Under the pieces are notes generated by a model that did not search any database, was not told the origin of the DNA, and saw only the letters and a program-made list of their open reading frames with translations. From contig JANOEP010000025.1 of the NCBI GenBank assembly GCA_031441465.1, positions 1 to 57,760 of the forward strand: a stretch of 57,760 bases of DNA, in the 5' to 3' direction. This stretch comes from a bacterium (GTDB taxonomy: Bacteria; Krumholzibacteriota; Krumholzibacteriia; LZORAL124-64-63). The stretch's first letter is position 1. Each line of letters starts with the position of its first letter. Positions 18,389-28,186 of this stretch are shown here, one piece after another. A program made the translations under genes and the position numbers.

Positions 18389-19318
18389 TCAGAAGGGGAA
18401 TTTCAAGGCCACGGGCAGGTGGTCGCTGAGGTGGGTCTCGTACTCGTTCCAGGCATTCTCGAGGTAGGTGTCCATCCGGAGCGTCTGCACGATGGCGCCG
18501 GGAGCCTCGACGGCGGGGAACAACTCGTCGGAGACCAGGATGTGGTCGAGGTGCCCGCTGTACCGCCAGGACCAGCCGCTGCTCGGGCCGGTCGCCAGGG
18601 GCATGTCGGCGAAGCGGTAGAGTTCCGGCGCGTCCAGCAGCACCTGGAACACGTTGTAGGCGGGGGGATCGATCAGTTTGTCGTTCAGGTCGCCCAGGAC
18701 GATGACCGCGGCGTCGGGGTGCTCGGTGCGGATCCAGGCGTCCAGCAGCTGGCAGGCCATCACCCGTCGGTACTCGTCATCGTCGGGGTTGCCGTAGTCG
18801 ATGTTGTTGTCGTCGTAGGCCTTGAAGTGGTTGTTGACGATGATCAGGGCTTCTCCGCCCACCGTGCACTCCAGCACCAGGGGGCTGCGCGGGAACGCGG
18901 CATACTCGTCGGTATGGATTTCGTAGGGCGCCCCGATCACCGTGACCGTGGCGTCTTTCCACAACAGGGCCAGGTTCTGGTCCGCCGGCGCTCCCGTGGC
19001 CCGGTAGCCCGACCAGCCGGCCAGGGAGTCGTCGAGCGCACGGAAACGGGTGCCGGAGACGATCTCCTGCAGGGCGACGACGTCGGCGTCGATGGCCCGC
19101 AAGGCCTGGGCCGCGTACTCCACGCTGAGGGTCGTCGAGGGGAAGTTGTGCAGGTTCCAGGTGACGATCTCGAACGACGCAGCCGTGCCGAACGTTAAGC
19201 CTTCGAAGCGGTTGGCGGGCGGCGGGGGTGGATCGACGATCTGCTTGGTGTCCGACTCGCCGCAGCCGGCCAGCAGCAGCGGCGCGCAGAGCAGGGTGAG
19301 CAGGATCCGGTTCGTCAC
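18389..19318 (-). CDS. Endonuclease/exonuclease/phosphatase (DNase I-like) lipoprotein
   Basis: GTG start and lipobox LLAG-C. EEP motifs TWNLHNF, DVVALQEI, NHFKA, LGDLND, LDHILVS and SDHLPV. The ORF-track start at 20398 is over-extended. Confidence 0.88.
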   Translation of the reverse strand: MTNRILLTLLCAPLLLAGCGESDTKQIVDPPPPPANRFEGLTFGTAASFEIVTWNLHNFPSTTLSVEYAAQALRAIDADVVALQEIVSGTRFRALDDSLAGWSGYRATGAPADQNLALLWKDATVTVIGAPYEIHTDEYAAFPRSPLVLECTVGGEALIIVNNHFKAYDDNNIDYGNPDDDEYRRVMACQLLDAWIRTEHPDAAVIVLGDLNDKLIDPPAYNVFQVLLDAPELYRFADMPLATGPSSGWSWRYSGHLDHILVSDELFPAVEAPGAIVQTLRMDTYLENAWNEYETHLSDHLPVALKFPF

Positions 19319-19410
19319 ATTTTCACCATTCAGCGAGCGACGGTTGCCATTCCATCTAAGATGCTCCCTGCCGGTTCCCCCCGCAAGTCCCGTACCCCTC
19401 CCCTCGCTCC

Positions 19411-21099
19411 CTAGTCCCGGAAGTCCGTGCTGCGCCAGGCGTCGAAGAGCGGTTTGAGCTGGTTGCGGCGGTATTTGCCGGTGGACGTCACCGGCACCTC
19501 GTCGCCGAAGACGACAACCTTCGGGCACTTGTGCCGCGGCAGCGCGCGCCGGCAGAAGTCGAGCACGGCCTCGACGTCGAGGCGTGTCCCCGGCAGGGGC
19601 ACCACGTAGGCGCCCACTTCCTCCCCGTAGACGTCGTGCTCGAAACCCACCGCGATTCCCGCCTTCACGCCCGGCACGCTCATCAGGACTTCGTCGACCT
19701 CCAAGGGCGAGACGTTGACGCCGCCGCGGATGATCAACTCCTTCAGCCGGCCGGTGATGAAGAAGTAGGGACGACCGTCGCGCCCGGGCAACTGGAAGCC
19801 CTCGTCGCCGCTGCGGAACCAGCCGTGGGCGAAGGCCTGGCGGTTGGCCGCTTCGGCGGCGAAGTAGCCGGCCATGACGTTCGACCCGCGGATGACGATC
19901 TCGCCGCGCTCGCCCGCGGGCAGGACCGCGCCGGCGGCATCGTGGATCGCCATCTCGTTGGCGGGGATCGGCGTGCCGATCGAGGGGAAGCCGTGATCCC
20001 CGAGCCACGCGCGGTGCTCGTCGGGCGGCAGGTCCACGGGCAGGAAGCTGCAGTAGCAGGTCGTCTCGCTCAGGCCGTAACCGTGGACGATGCGCAGGCC
20101 GCAGCGCGCCTCGAAGCGCAGGGCCAACTCGCAGGTCAGGGGACCCGCGCCGCAGATCAGGTGACGGAGTCCCGACAGGTCCAGGCCGCCGAGCGCGACG
20201 GTTCCCTTGTCCAGGCCCTGCAGCAGGAACGCCAGCAGCGTGGGCACCACGCTGACGATGTTCACGCGTTCGCGCGCCAGCAGCGGGAAGAACGACCCCG
20301 TCTGGAACTTGCGGCAAAGCACGACGGCGCCGCCGCAGACCAGCGGGGTCACCAGGGTCACCACGATGCCGTTGACGTGGTGGATGGGCAGCACGCACAT
20401 CATGCGGTCGTCAGGTCCCAATCCGTGCCAGGCGGCGATCTGCCGCGCATCGACCAGGAGGTTGCCTTGGGTCAGCACCACGCCCTTGGGGTGGCCCGTC
20501 GTGCCGCTAGTGTAGACGATCAGGGCCTCGTCGTCGGGGCCCGGCCCTTCCACTTCGACGCCCGGAGCCGGCGCGGCGTCGTCGACGTGCGCGTAGCCGC
20601 GCCGGCGGTCGCCGGCCAGGACCACATCGCGCAAGGACGGCAATCCGGGGCGCAGCGGCTCGACGCGACCGAGGTACTCGGCGCGCGTGAAGAGCAGCTT
20701 CGCCTGCGCATGTTCCAGGATGTAGGCGAGCCGCCCGGCGTCCTCCCCCGCGTTCAGCGGCACGACGCAGGCGCCCACCGACCAGGCGGCGAGGTACTGC
20801 AGGACGGTGTCGGGGTGGTTGTGGGCCAGGGTCGCCACGCGGTCGCCGCGGCCCACGCCGAGCGCGCCGAGCAGCGAGGCCAGTGCGGCGACCCGCGCGC
20901 CCGCCTCGCCGTAGCTCAGGACCGTGCGGTCGCCGTGCTCGTCGACATGGACCAACCAGTCGCGATCGGGCTGCAGGGCGGCCCGCTGCACGAACAAGGC
21001 CGGCACGGAGGCATCGCTCGCAACAGCCGCGTCTGCGGCGGGAGAGCACCGCGCAGCAGCGATGAGTTCGGCCAGTGACGGTTCAGCCTGCAATGTCAT
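19411..21099 (-). CDS. Acyl-CoA synthetase (class I adenylate-forming enzyme)
   Basis: AMP-binding motifs YTSGTTGHPKG, GYGLSET, GWFRSGD, GRLKELIIRGG and STGK. Confidence 0.92.
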   Translation of the reverse strand: MTLQAEPSLAELIAAARCSPAADAAVASDASVPALFVQRAALQPDRDWLVHVDEHGDRTVLSYGEAGARVAALASLLGALGVGRGDRVATLAHNHPDTVLQYLAAWSVGACVVPLNAGEDAGRLAYILEHAQAKLLFTRAEYLGRVEPLRPGLPSLRDVVLAGDRRRGYAHVDDAAPAPGVEVEGPGPDDEALIVYTSGTTGHPKGVVLTQGNLLVDARQIAAWHGLGPDDRMMCVLPIHHVNGIVVTLVTPLVCGGAVVLCRKFQTGSFFPLLARERVNIVSVVPTLLAFLLQGLDKGTVALGGLDLSGLRHLICGAGPLTCELALRFEARCGLRIVHGYGLSETTCYCSFLPVDLPPDEHRAWLGDHGFPSIGTPIPANEMAIHDAAGAVLPAGERGEIVIRGSNVMAGYFAAEAANRQAFAHGWFRSGDEGFQLPGRDGRPYFFITGRLKELIIRGGVNVSPLEVDEVLMSVPGVKAGIAVGFEHDVYGEEVGAYVVPLPGTRLDVEAVLDFCRRALPRHKCPKVVVFGDEVPVTSTGKYRRNQLKPLFDAWRSTDFRD

Positions 21100-21286
21100 C
21101 TCCGAGTGATGAGGGCATACGGATCAGCGGCCAGTATATCCGCAATAAATGCGCTCGCCATAGTCTTGTATGCCCTTGATAGATCGGAAGATCCGACGCG
21201 AGACACTGACCCGGCGGCGGCGGACGATCGGCAACACATGGACCTGCGGGCTGATCGCCGGGGAACTGTGGAGCCGATCCGGGCAG

Positions 21287-21326
21287 TTGACGCCAGAAAA
21301 CTCCTGAGTTATAAACTAAATAGTTT
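21287..21326 (+). promoter_or_regulatory. Putative sigma70 promoter with an overlapping palindrome, upstream of the ATPase
   Basis: TTGACG-N17-TATAAA. Inverted repeat AAACTA-AA-TAGTTT at 21313-21326. Confidence 0.5.
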
Positions 21327-21362
21327 TATCTTGGTAGTCTCCTTTCTCCGCGAGGTGTCGCC

Positions 21363-22466
21363 GTGCTGCCTTTTCGCCTGGGAATGCGCGTGACCGGTGA
21401 GGAATTTTGCGGTCGCCGTCGGGAACTGACCGTGTTGCGCGAATACATGCGCAGCAGCGGACGGGTCTACGTCATCGGCGAACGGAGGATCGGGAAGACA
21501 TCGCTGGTCTTCGAGGCGCTGCGGACGCTGCGCGGAACCCATGTCGTCGACGTCGACCTGCTCGCGGTCAAAACGGTCGCCGACCTGACCCACCGCCTCG
21601 CCGCAGCGGTGATCAAGGCGGAGCGAAGACCAGGCGGGTTGCTGTCTCTGGTCAAGGGGTTGGCCCAGTTGCGTCCGACGATCGGCGTCGATCCGCTCAC
21701 GAATGCACCCACGGTGAGCTTCGCCCCGGGCAGCGGCAACCAGCCCGAGACCCTCGACGCGGTTTTCGCTCTCCTGGAACCGTGGCGACGGGTTGTCGTG
21801 GTCTTCGACGAGTTCCAAGATGTCCTGCAACTCCCCGGAGAGGACGCGGTCATCGCTCGGCTGCGCGGCCTGATCCAACGCCAGGAAGAAGCCTGTTTCG
21901 TGTTCTGCGGCAGCCAACGGCATAAAATGGAGGACATCTTCACGAAAGACGACTCGCCCTTCTTCAAGTCGGCGATGCGGCTCTTCGTGGGGCCCCTGGA
22001 GCGGCCCGCTTTCCGCGCCTTCCTCGAACAGAAATTCTCTAGCGGCCGCAGGACAGTGGCGCCCGAGCTGCTCGACGCCGTCCTCGACGTCTGCCAGGAC
22101 AACCCGGGGGACGTGCAACGATTCTGCACCGCGCTCTGGCAGGTGACCTCGTATCGGCAGACGATCACCGACCTCGATCTGGCTGCCGCCTGGGACATGG
22201 TGCTTTCCATGCATGCTGGAGAATACGACGTGATCCTGCACAACCTGAGCGTGCAGCAAGCACAGACGCTCCACGCGCTCGCTCGTGCCGGAGGTCGATC
22301 CAACCTGTCCAAGGTGTTCCTGGAAAGCACCGGGATCTCGCTGCAGCCGTCGGTAGCGAAGGCGATGAACAGTCTCCTGGAGAAGGGCATTGTTCGCAAA
22401 GACGGGGCGGTCTATTGCCTCTGCGACCCGTTTCTCACGCGATGGCTGACGCGGATGGCGCCTTGA
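21363..22466 (+). CDS. AAA+ ATPase (archaeal-ATPase-like) with a probable C-terminal winged helix
   Basis: N-terminal PF..G..V.G..F.GR..EL, Walker A GERRIGKTS, Walker B VVFDEFQ, FCGS, and C-terminal L.EKG...Y.L.DPFL..WL. Confidence 0.82.
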   Translation: MLPFRLGMRVTGEEFCGRRRELTVLREYMRSSGRVYVIGERRIGKTSLVFEALRTLRGTHVVDVDLLAVKTVADLTHRLAAAVIKAERRPGGLLSLVKGLAQLRPTIGVDPLTNAPTVSFAPGSGNQPETLDAVFALLEPWRRVVVVFDEFQDVLQLPGEDAVIARLRGLIQRQEEACFVFCGSQRHKMEDIFTKDDSPFFKSAMRLFVGPLERPAFRAFLEQKFSSGRRTVAPELLDAVLDVCQDNPGDVQRFCTALWQVTSYRQTITDLDLAAAWDMVLSMHAGEYDVILHNLSVQQAQTLHALARAGGRSNLSKVFLESTGISLQPSVAKAMNSLLEKGIVRKDGAVYCLCDPFLTRWLTRMAP

Positions 22467-22498
22467 CCGCCAGGCACGAGGCCCGCCGCGCGGGCCCC

Positions 22499-23110
22499 CT
22501 ACGTTTTGCGTTCCAGCTCGAAGCGCCGCCCGAGCGTCGTGTACTCGCTGCCGGCCAGCCGCCCCACGGGACGCAGCGCCGTAGTGTCGATGCGCCCGTC
22601 GCACAGCAGGTCGTCGCGGATGTGGAAGCGCAGCACCTCGCCCAGGACCAGGGACGCACCGCCGGGGCCCTCGGCGCCCACCTCCACGATCTGCAGCAGG
22701 CGGCACTCCAGGCTCACGGGCGACTCGGCCACGCGCGGGGCCTTCACCGCCTCGCAGGCAAGGGGCGTGAGCCCGGCCGCCGCGAACTCGCTCACCCCGG
22801 GAGCGAACTCGCGCGCGGTCTCGTTGGCCCGCGCGACGGTGTCCTCGTCGACGATGTTGACGACGAACTCCCCGGTCGCGCGTACGTTGCGCAGGGTGTC
22901 CTTCTCGGCGCCGTCGCTGAACCGGTGCATGGGCGCGAAGCAGACCACGGGCGGCGCGGCGGCCACGCCGGTGAAGAACGAGAACGGCGCCAGGTTGGGC
23001 CTGCCCTCTGCGTCGACCGTGGACACCCAGGCGATCGGGCGCGGCAGGATCGAACCGATCAGCAGCTTGTAGGCGCCGCGCAGGTCCAGGGCCGACGGAT
23101 CGATGATCAT
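22499..23110 (-). CDS. Flavin reductase-like (split-barrel FMN-binding) protein
   Basis: Motifs YKLLIGSILPRPIAWVST, NLAPFSFF, KDTLRN, EFVVNIV, PRVAESPVSLEC and GRLAG. ATGA-type overlap with hmgA. Confidence 0.9.
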   Translation of the reverse strand: MIIDPSALDLRGAYKLLIGSILPRPIAWVSTVDAEGRPNLAPFSFFTGVAAAPPVVCFAPMHRFSDGAEKDTLRNVRATGEFVVNIVDEDTVARANETAREFAPGVSEFAAAGLTPLACEAVKAPRVAESPVSLECRLLQIVEVGAEGPGGASLVLGEVLRFHIRDDLLCDGRIDTTALRPVGRLAGSEYTTLGRRFELERKT

Positions 23111-24264
23111 GCGTCCTCCAGCCAGCTCAAGGGGTAGGCGGGGTCGTCGGCCGCCAGGGCTTCGCGTGCCACGCGCAGCGGGGCGAAGGTGTCGACCATC
23201 ACCGCCAGCTCGGCGGTCTCCTTCGCCCCCAGGGACTTCTCGATCAGACCGGGCTGCGGCCCGTGGGGGTAGCCCATGGGGTGCAGGGTCAGCGACTCGG
23301 TCTCGATGCCGCGCCGGCTCATGAAGTTGCCCTCGACGTAGTAGAGGATCTCGTCGCTGTCCACGTTGCTGTGCGCGTAGGGGATGGGCACGGCCTCGGG
23401 GTGGAAGTCGAACAGGCGCGGCACGAACGAGCAGACCACCAGGCCCGGCGCCGTGAAGGTCACGTGCACCGGCGGCGGCAGGTGGACCTTGCCGACCACG
23501 GGCATGAAGTCGTGGATGCTGAAGGCCCAGGGGTAGCAGAAACCGTCCCAGCCGACCAGGTCGAAGGGATGGTGCGCGAGCACCGTCTCCTGGACGCGGT
23601 CGCGCAGCTTCACCAGCACCGGGAAGTCGCCCGGCTCGTCGACGGGGTCGCGCCAGCGGGGCGCCCGCAGGTCGCGCTCGCAGTAGGGCGCGTGCTCCAT
23701 GAGCTGGCCGTGGTCGCTGCGGAAGTGCCGCGGCACCTGCACCGGCCCGCGCGTCTCGACCACGAACAGCTTCACCCGGCCCGGTTCGCAGCGCAGGCGG
23801 TGCGTCGTGCCGCGCGGCACGACCAGGTAGTCGCCCGGGCCGAAGTCCAGGTCGCCGTACATGCTCTCGAGCGCGCCGCGGCCGTGGTGGACGAAGACCA
23901 GCTCGTCGGCCAGGGCGTTGCGGTAGAAGGCCGGCTGGTCGCCCGTCGGCTCGCAGGTCGACACGACGAGGTCGTCGTTGAAGGCCAGCACGCGCCGGCC
24001 GAACACCGGGCAACCGGCGGCCGGCAGCCGCGACGTGACGACGTGGCGGTGGCGATGCGGTTCGCCGTCGGCGGCGAGCAGGGGCAGCGGGCGCAGCGCG
24101 CCCACGCCGCGCACGGCGGTCGGCGGGCGCAGATGGTAGGCGTTGCTCGCAACGTCGGAGAAGCCCTCGCGGCTGATCAGCTCCTCGTAGGTCAGCCGGC
24201 CCCCGCGGCGGTGCTGGACGTGGCGCTTGCCGGGGATCTCGCCCCGGGCGACGTAGTACGGCAT
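23107..24264 (-). CDS. hmgA: Homogentisate 1,2-dioxygenase
   Basis: Motifs FYRNALADEL, PYCERD, HPFDLVGWDG, HLPPPVH, CSFVPR, PYAHSNVDSDE, TLHP.G.PHGP and AVMVDT. Confidence 0.92.
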   Translation of the reverse strand: MPYYVARGEIPGKRHVQHRRGGRLTYEELISREGFSDVASNAYHLRPPTAVRGVGALRPLPLLAADGEPHRHRHVVTSRLPAAGCPVFGRRVLAFNDDLVVSTCEPTGDQPAFYRNALADELVFVHHGRGALESMYGDLDFGPGDYLVVPRGTTHRLRCEPGRVKLFVVETRGPVQVPRHFRSDHGQLMEHAPYCERDLRAPRWRDPVDEPGDFPVLVKLRDRVQETVLAHHPFDLVGWDGFCYPWAFSIHDFMPVVGKVHLPPPVHVTFTAPGLVVCSFVPRLFDFHPEAVPIPYAHSNVDSDEILYYVEGNFMSRRGIETESLTLHPMGYPHGPQPGLIEKSLGAKETAELAVMVDTFAPLRVAREALAADDPAYPLSWLEDA

Positions 24265-24265
24265 C

Positions 24266-25267
24266 TCACTCCTCCCGCGCGGCGTCCGCCACGGTCGCGG
24301 CCAGGACGCCCAGGCCCTCGATCTCCAGCTCGATCAGGTCGCCGGGCCGCAGCCAGCCGCCGGCGGACTCGGGGCGCAGTTCCAGGATGCAGCCGGTGCC
24401 CACCGTCCCGGAGCCGATCACCTCGCCGGGGTGCAGCGTGACGCCGCGCGAGGCGCGCGCCAGCATCTCCCCGAAGGACCAGTGCAGGTCCCGCCAGTTG
24501 CCGCGCGAGATCTCCCGGCCGTTGCGCCGCGCGCACATCGCGAGGTCGTAGCCCTTGCCGGCGCGCCGGTCCGTGATCTCGTCCGGGGTGACGAGCCAGG
24601 GCCCGAGACTCGTGGCGAAGTCCTTCCCCTTGGCGGGTCCCAGGCCCACCTTCATCTCGGCCCGCTGCAGGTCGCGGGCGGACCAGTCGTTCAGCACGCA
24701 GTAGCCGGCGATCGCCGACTCGGCGTGCGCCGGGTCCAGGTCCCGGCAGGTGCGCCCGACGACCGCGGCGATCTCCAGCTCGAAGTCCAGTTCGGCGGTG
24801 TCCGGCGGCGGCGCGAACGTCGCGCCGTGGCCCAGCATCGCGGCCGGGTTCGAGAAGTAGAAGACGGGGAACTCGTACCACTCGGCGACCATGTCCAGGC
24901 CGCGATGGCCGCGCGCGGTGCGCACGTGCTGCTCGAAGGAGTAGAAGTCGCGGAACGACGGCGGTCGCGGCACCGGCGGCAGCAACAACACACCGTCCAG
25001 CGGCAGGACCGCCGGGCGGTCGCCGTCGCGCGAAACGTCGCGCTTGAGGCTGCGCGCCGCCTGGATGAGCGTGCGCAACTGCGGCTCGCAGCGGTCCCAG
25101 CCGTCCAGCGCCTCCTGCATGGTTGCCGGCACCCCGGTCCAGTCGCGCGCGCCGCCTTCGCGGTTCAGCAGGGAGGCGGCGGCCACGACGTCGACCACCT
25201 CGTCGGCGCGGACCAGGCCCAGCCGCGGCTGGTCGCCCGGACGGCGGGCGTAGGAACAGAGCTTCAT
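24266..25267 (-). CDS. Fumarylacetoacetate hydrolase family protein (probable fumarylacetoacetase)
   Basis: Motifs SFRDFYSFEQH, PVFYFSN, LDFELE, NDWSARDLQ, KGKDFA and GSGTVGTGC. Lies between hppD and hmgA. Confidence 0.9.
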   Translation of the reverse strand: MKLCSYARRPGDQPRLGLVRADEVVDVVAAASLLNREGGARDWTGVPATMQEALDGWDRCEPQLRTLIQAARSLKRDVSRDGDRPAVLPLDGVLLLPPVPRPPSFRDFYSFEQHVRTARGHRGLDMVAEWYEFPVFYFSNPAAMLGHGATFAPPPDTAELDFELEIAAVVGRTCRDLDPAHAESAIAGYCVLNDWSARDLQRAEMKVGLGPAKGKDFATSLGPWLVTPDEITDRRAGKGYDLAMCARRNGREISRGNWRDLHWSFGEMLARASRGVTLHPGEVIGSGTVGTGCILELRPESAGGWLRPGDLIELEIEGLGVLAATVADAAREE

Positions 25268-25285
25268 GGAGCGGTCCGCTTCCGG

Positions 25286-26377
25286 TTACAGGTTCCCGCG
25301 GCGCGCCTGCTCGCGCTCGATGGATTCGAACAGGGCCTTGAAGTTGCCCTTGCCAAAGCTGCGCGCGCCCTTGCGCTGGATGATTTCGAAGAAGAGCGTG
25401 GGCCGGTCCTGCAGGGGTCGCGTGAACAGTTGCAGCAGGTAGCCGCTGTCGTCGCGGTCCACGAGGATCCCGTGCCGGCGCAGCACGCCGACATCCTCGT
25501 CGATGGGCCCGACGCGGTCCAGCAGCGTCTCGTAGTAGGCGTCGGGGATCTCCAGGAACTCGACGCCGTGGCGCCGGAGCCGCTCGACCGTGGCGACGAT
25601 GTCGCGGCTGTACATGGCCGCGTGCTGCACGCCGGGGCCGAAGTTGGCCTCCACGTACTCCTGGATCTGGGACTTCTTGAGGCCGTCGGCGGGCTCGTTG
25701 ATCGGCATCTTGATGCGCTCGTTCGCGCTGGCGACCACGATGCTGCGCAGGGCCGAATGCGCGGTGGACACATCCTTGTCGTCGACGGTCCAGATGCGGT
25801 GGAAGCCGAAGACCTCCTCGTACCAGACGGCCACCCGCTCCATCTCCCGGTCGCCCTGGTTGCCCACGATGTGGTCGACGAACTCGAGCCCCGCCCCCTC
25901 GACCGGCTGCGTGGGGGCGATCGGCGCGTAGCCCGGCAGGAAGACGCCGCGGTAGCCGTCGCGCTGGACGAAGGTGTGGGTCGTGTCGCCGTAGGTCGCG
26001 ATCGTCGCCAGCAGGACCCGGCCGTGCTCGTCCTCGCGCACTTCCGGTCCGCGCACCGCGCGGGCGCCGTGCGCGGTCGTCCACTCCCAGGCCCGCCTCA
26101 CGTCGTCCACCAGGAACGCGATGTCCTGCACGGCGTCGCCGTGCCGCGCCAGGTGGGTGTTGTGGTGGTGGTCGGGCTTCAGGGGCGTCTCGAGAACCAG
26201 GGTGATCTTCCCCTGCCGCAGCACCCAGGCCGAAGCGTCGCGGTTGCCGGTCTCGAGCCCCTTGTAGGCGACCGGCGTGAAGCCGAAGCGCTCCTGGTAG
26301 TAGATCGCCGCCTGGCGGGCGTTGCCCACCACGAAGCCCAGGTGGTCGGTGCCCGTGATCTCGAACGGTACGCTCAT
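25286..26377 (-). CDS. hppD: 4-hydroxyphenylpyruvate dioxygenase
   Basis: Motifs DHIVGN, PINEPA, KSQIQEY, GVQH, GYLLQLFT and FFEIIQRKGARSFGKGNFKALFESIEREQ. Confidence 0.96.
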   Translation of the reverse strand: MSVPFEITGTDHLGFVVGNARQAAIYYQERFGFTPVAYKGLETGNRDASAWVLRQGKITLVLETPLKPDHHHNTHLARHGDAVQDIAFLVDDVRRAWEWTTAHGARAVRGPEVREDEHGRVLLATIATYGDTTHTFVQRDGYRGVFLPGYAPIAPTQPVEGAGLEFVDHIVGNQGDREMERVAVWYEEVFGFHRIWTVDDKDVSTAHSALRSIVVASANERIKMPINEPADGLKKSQIQEYVEANFGPGVQHAAMYSRDIVATVERLRRHGVEFLEIPDAYYETLLDRVGPIDEDVGVLRRHGILVDRDDSGYLLQLFTRPLQDRPTLFFEIIQRKGARSFGKGNFKALFESIEREQARRGNL

Positions 26378-26649
26378 CGTCCCCCCCGCTTGTCCGGTGG
26401 CCGCAGGTCGCGCATCAGCACATGAAAAACCAGGTTGCGCCCGACGGCCAGTCGCGCGCGGCGGCCGGCCGACTGGTGCTCCATGCGGGCAACAGCACGG
26501 GGTACGTTATCGACGGCATCATGAGCCGGGAAAGACGATCGAGCGTGGATGCCGATCTGCGGAAGAACTGCGCGCCGTTCGCGAAGGTGGGGGCCCACGA
26601 GGACTTGATCTGGCGGGATACGCAACCGTGAGCGGGAGCGAAGCGACGC

Positions 26650-28158
26650 TCACCGCCTCCCCGGCCACAACCCCGCCACCAGCCGCAGATCGTCCCGCCG
26701 CACCACCCGCAGCCCGACCAGCGCCACCACGTAGAGCACGCCCGCCAACGCCGTCATCGCCGCGAACGGCCCGATCCCGGACGTCGGCAGCTCGACCCAG
26801 CTCACGCCCCACCCCGGCGCGACCGCCTTGCCCAGCAGCACGGCCGCGGCCCAGGCCAGCAGCATGGCCGCCGAGCCGTCCACCAGGGCGCGCCGCACGG
26901 GCATGACGATGCCCGCGCGCCGCAGGTAGACGCGGTGCATCACGAGGCTGACGCCGAGGCTCAGGACCGTGACCGCCGCCGCGCCCGGGCAGCCCAGCAC
27001 CGGGACCACCAGGAGGTTGAGCCCGATGTTGGTGGCCATCGACGCCAGGGCGATGCGCATGAAGGTGCGCTCCTGGCCCGCGGTCATCAGCAGGCGGTTG
27101 AAGACGATGCTGGCCGCCTGCACCGGCACGCCCCAGATGGCGATGCGGAACACCGCCACCGACGCCGACAGGTCCGCGTCGCCGGAGGTCGCCAGATGGA
27201 TCAGCGGCGCCGCCGCCAGCGTGCAGAACAGGGTCAGCGGGAACACCACCAGGTGCTGGTAGCGCAGCGCGCGCTCGCCCATGCGCTCCACGTGCCCGGC
27301 CTCGCCGTCCTGCTCCTGCTCGCGGTAGCGCTGCAGCGAGGGGAACAGCGCCGCGGCGAAGAGGTAGGGCACGATCAGCAGCAGGTCCAGCGGCCGGTGC
27401 CCGATCGTGTAGACGCCGGCGGCGAGCTTGCCCAGCATCTCCATGATGATCACGGTGTCGATCTTGTAGGAGATGATGCCGAAGGTCGTGGACATGAACA
27501 GCGGCAGGCCCAGGCGCAGCATCCAGCGCAGGCCGATCCGGCGCGCCGAAGCCGCGCCGCGCCACGAGCCGCTGACCCGGACCATCAGCGGCAGCACGAC
27601 CAGCAGGCGCGCGACGCGGCTGACGACGTTGGCCCAGACGACCCCCATGACGCCGAAGCCGGCGTCGAGCCACCACCACGCCAGGCCGAAGTAGACCGCC
27701 GCCGAGACGAGCTGGCTCCAGGTCGAGAGTTCGACCTTCTCGTGGGCCTGCAGCACGGAGTCGCAGGCCAGGCCGGTCGACTCCAGCAGCACGCCCACGG
27801 CCATCAGCATGACCGCCGCCCGCGTCACGTTGTCGTAGCCGGTGGCGAACACGTAGGCCGCCAGCAGCGCGTAGGTGGCGAAGCCCAGCAGCACCCGGAT
27901 ACGGAAGGCGGCCCAGAAGATGGGCCAGGTGTCGGCGCGGTCCTTGATGATCTCGCGGGTGATCAGCGTGGTGAGACCGAAGGTCGAGACGGTCAGGATG
28001 ATCGAGGTGAGGTCGACCGACAGTCCCCAGACGCCCATGCCCTCGACGCCGACCTCGCCCGTCATCCGCCGGAAGACCAGGAACGCCAGGATGCGTCCGG
28101 CGAACAGCCCGACGGTCATCAGCAGGGCGTTCTTGGCCACGTAGCGGGACGCGCGCAT
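26650..28158 (-). CDS. Wzx/RfbX-like oligosaccharide flippase (MOP superfamily)
   Basis: About 14 hydrophobic segments. Motifs KNAL, FGLTTLITRE, KIDTVII...AGVY and NIGLNLLVVPVLG..GAA. Confidence 0.85.
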   Translation of the reverse strand: MRASRYVAKNALLMTVGLFAGRILAFLVFRRMTGEVGVEGMGVWGLSVDLTSIILTVSTFGLTTLITREIIKDRADTWPIFWAAFRIRVLLGFATYALLAAYVFATGYDNVTRAAVMLMAVGVLLESTGLACDSVLQAHEKVELSTWSQLVSAAVYFGLAWWWLDAGFGVMGVVWANVVSRVARLLVVLPLMVRVSGSWRGAASARRIGLRWMLRLGLPLFMSTTFGIISYKIDTVIIMEMLGKLAAGVYTIGHRPLDLLLIVPYLFAAALFPSLQRYREQEQDGEAGHVERMGERALRYQHLVVFPLTLFCTLAAAPLIHLATSGDADLSASVAVFRIAIWGVPVQAASIVFNRLLMTAGQERTFMRIALASMATNIGLNLLVVPVLGCPGAAAVTVLSLGVSLVMHRVYLRRAGIVMPVRRALVDGSAAMLLAWAAAVLLGKAVAPGWGVSWVELPTSGIGPFAAMTALAGVLYVVALVGLRVVRRDDLRLVAGLWPGRR

Positions 28159-28186
28159 CGGGCTCCGTTCGGCGGATCGGTGTCGG

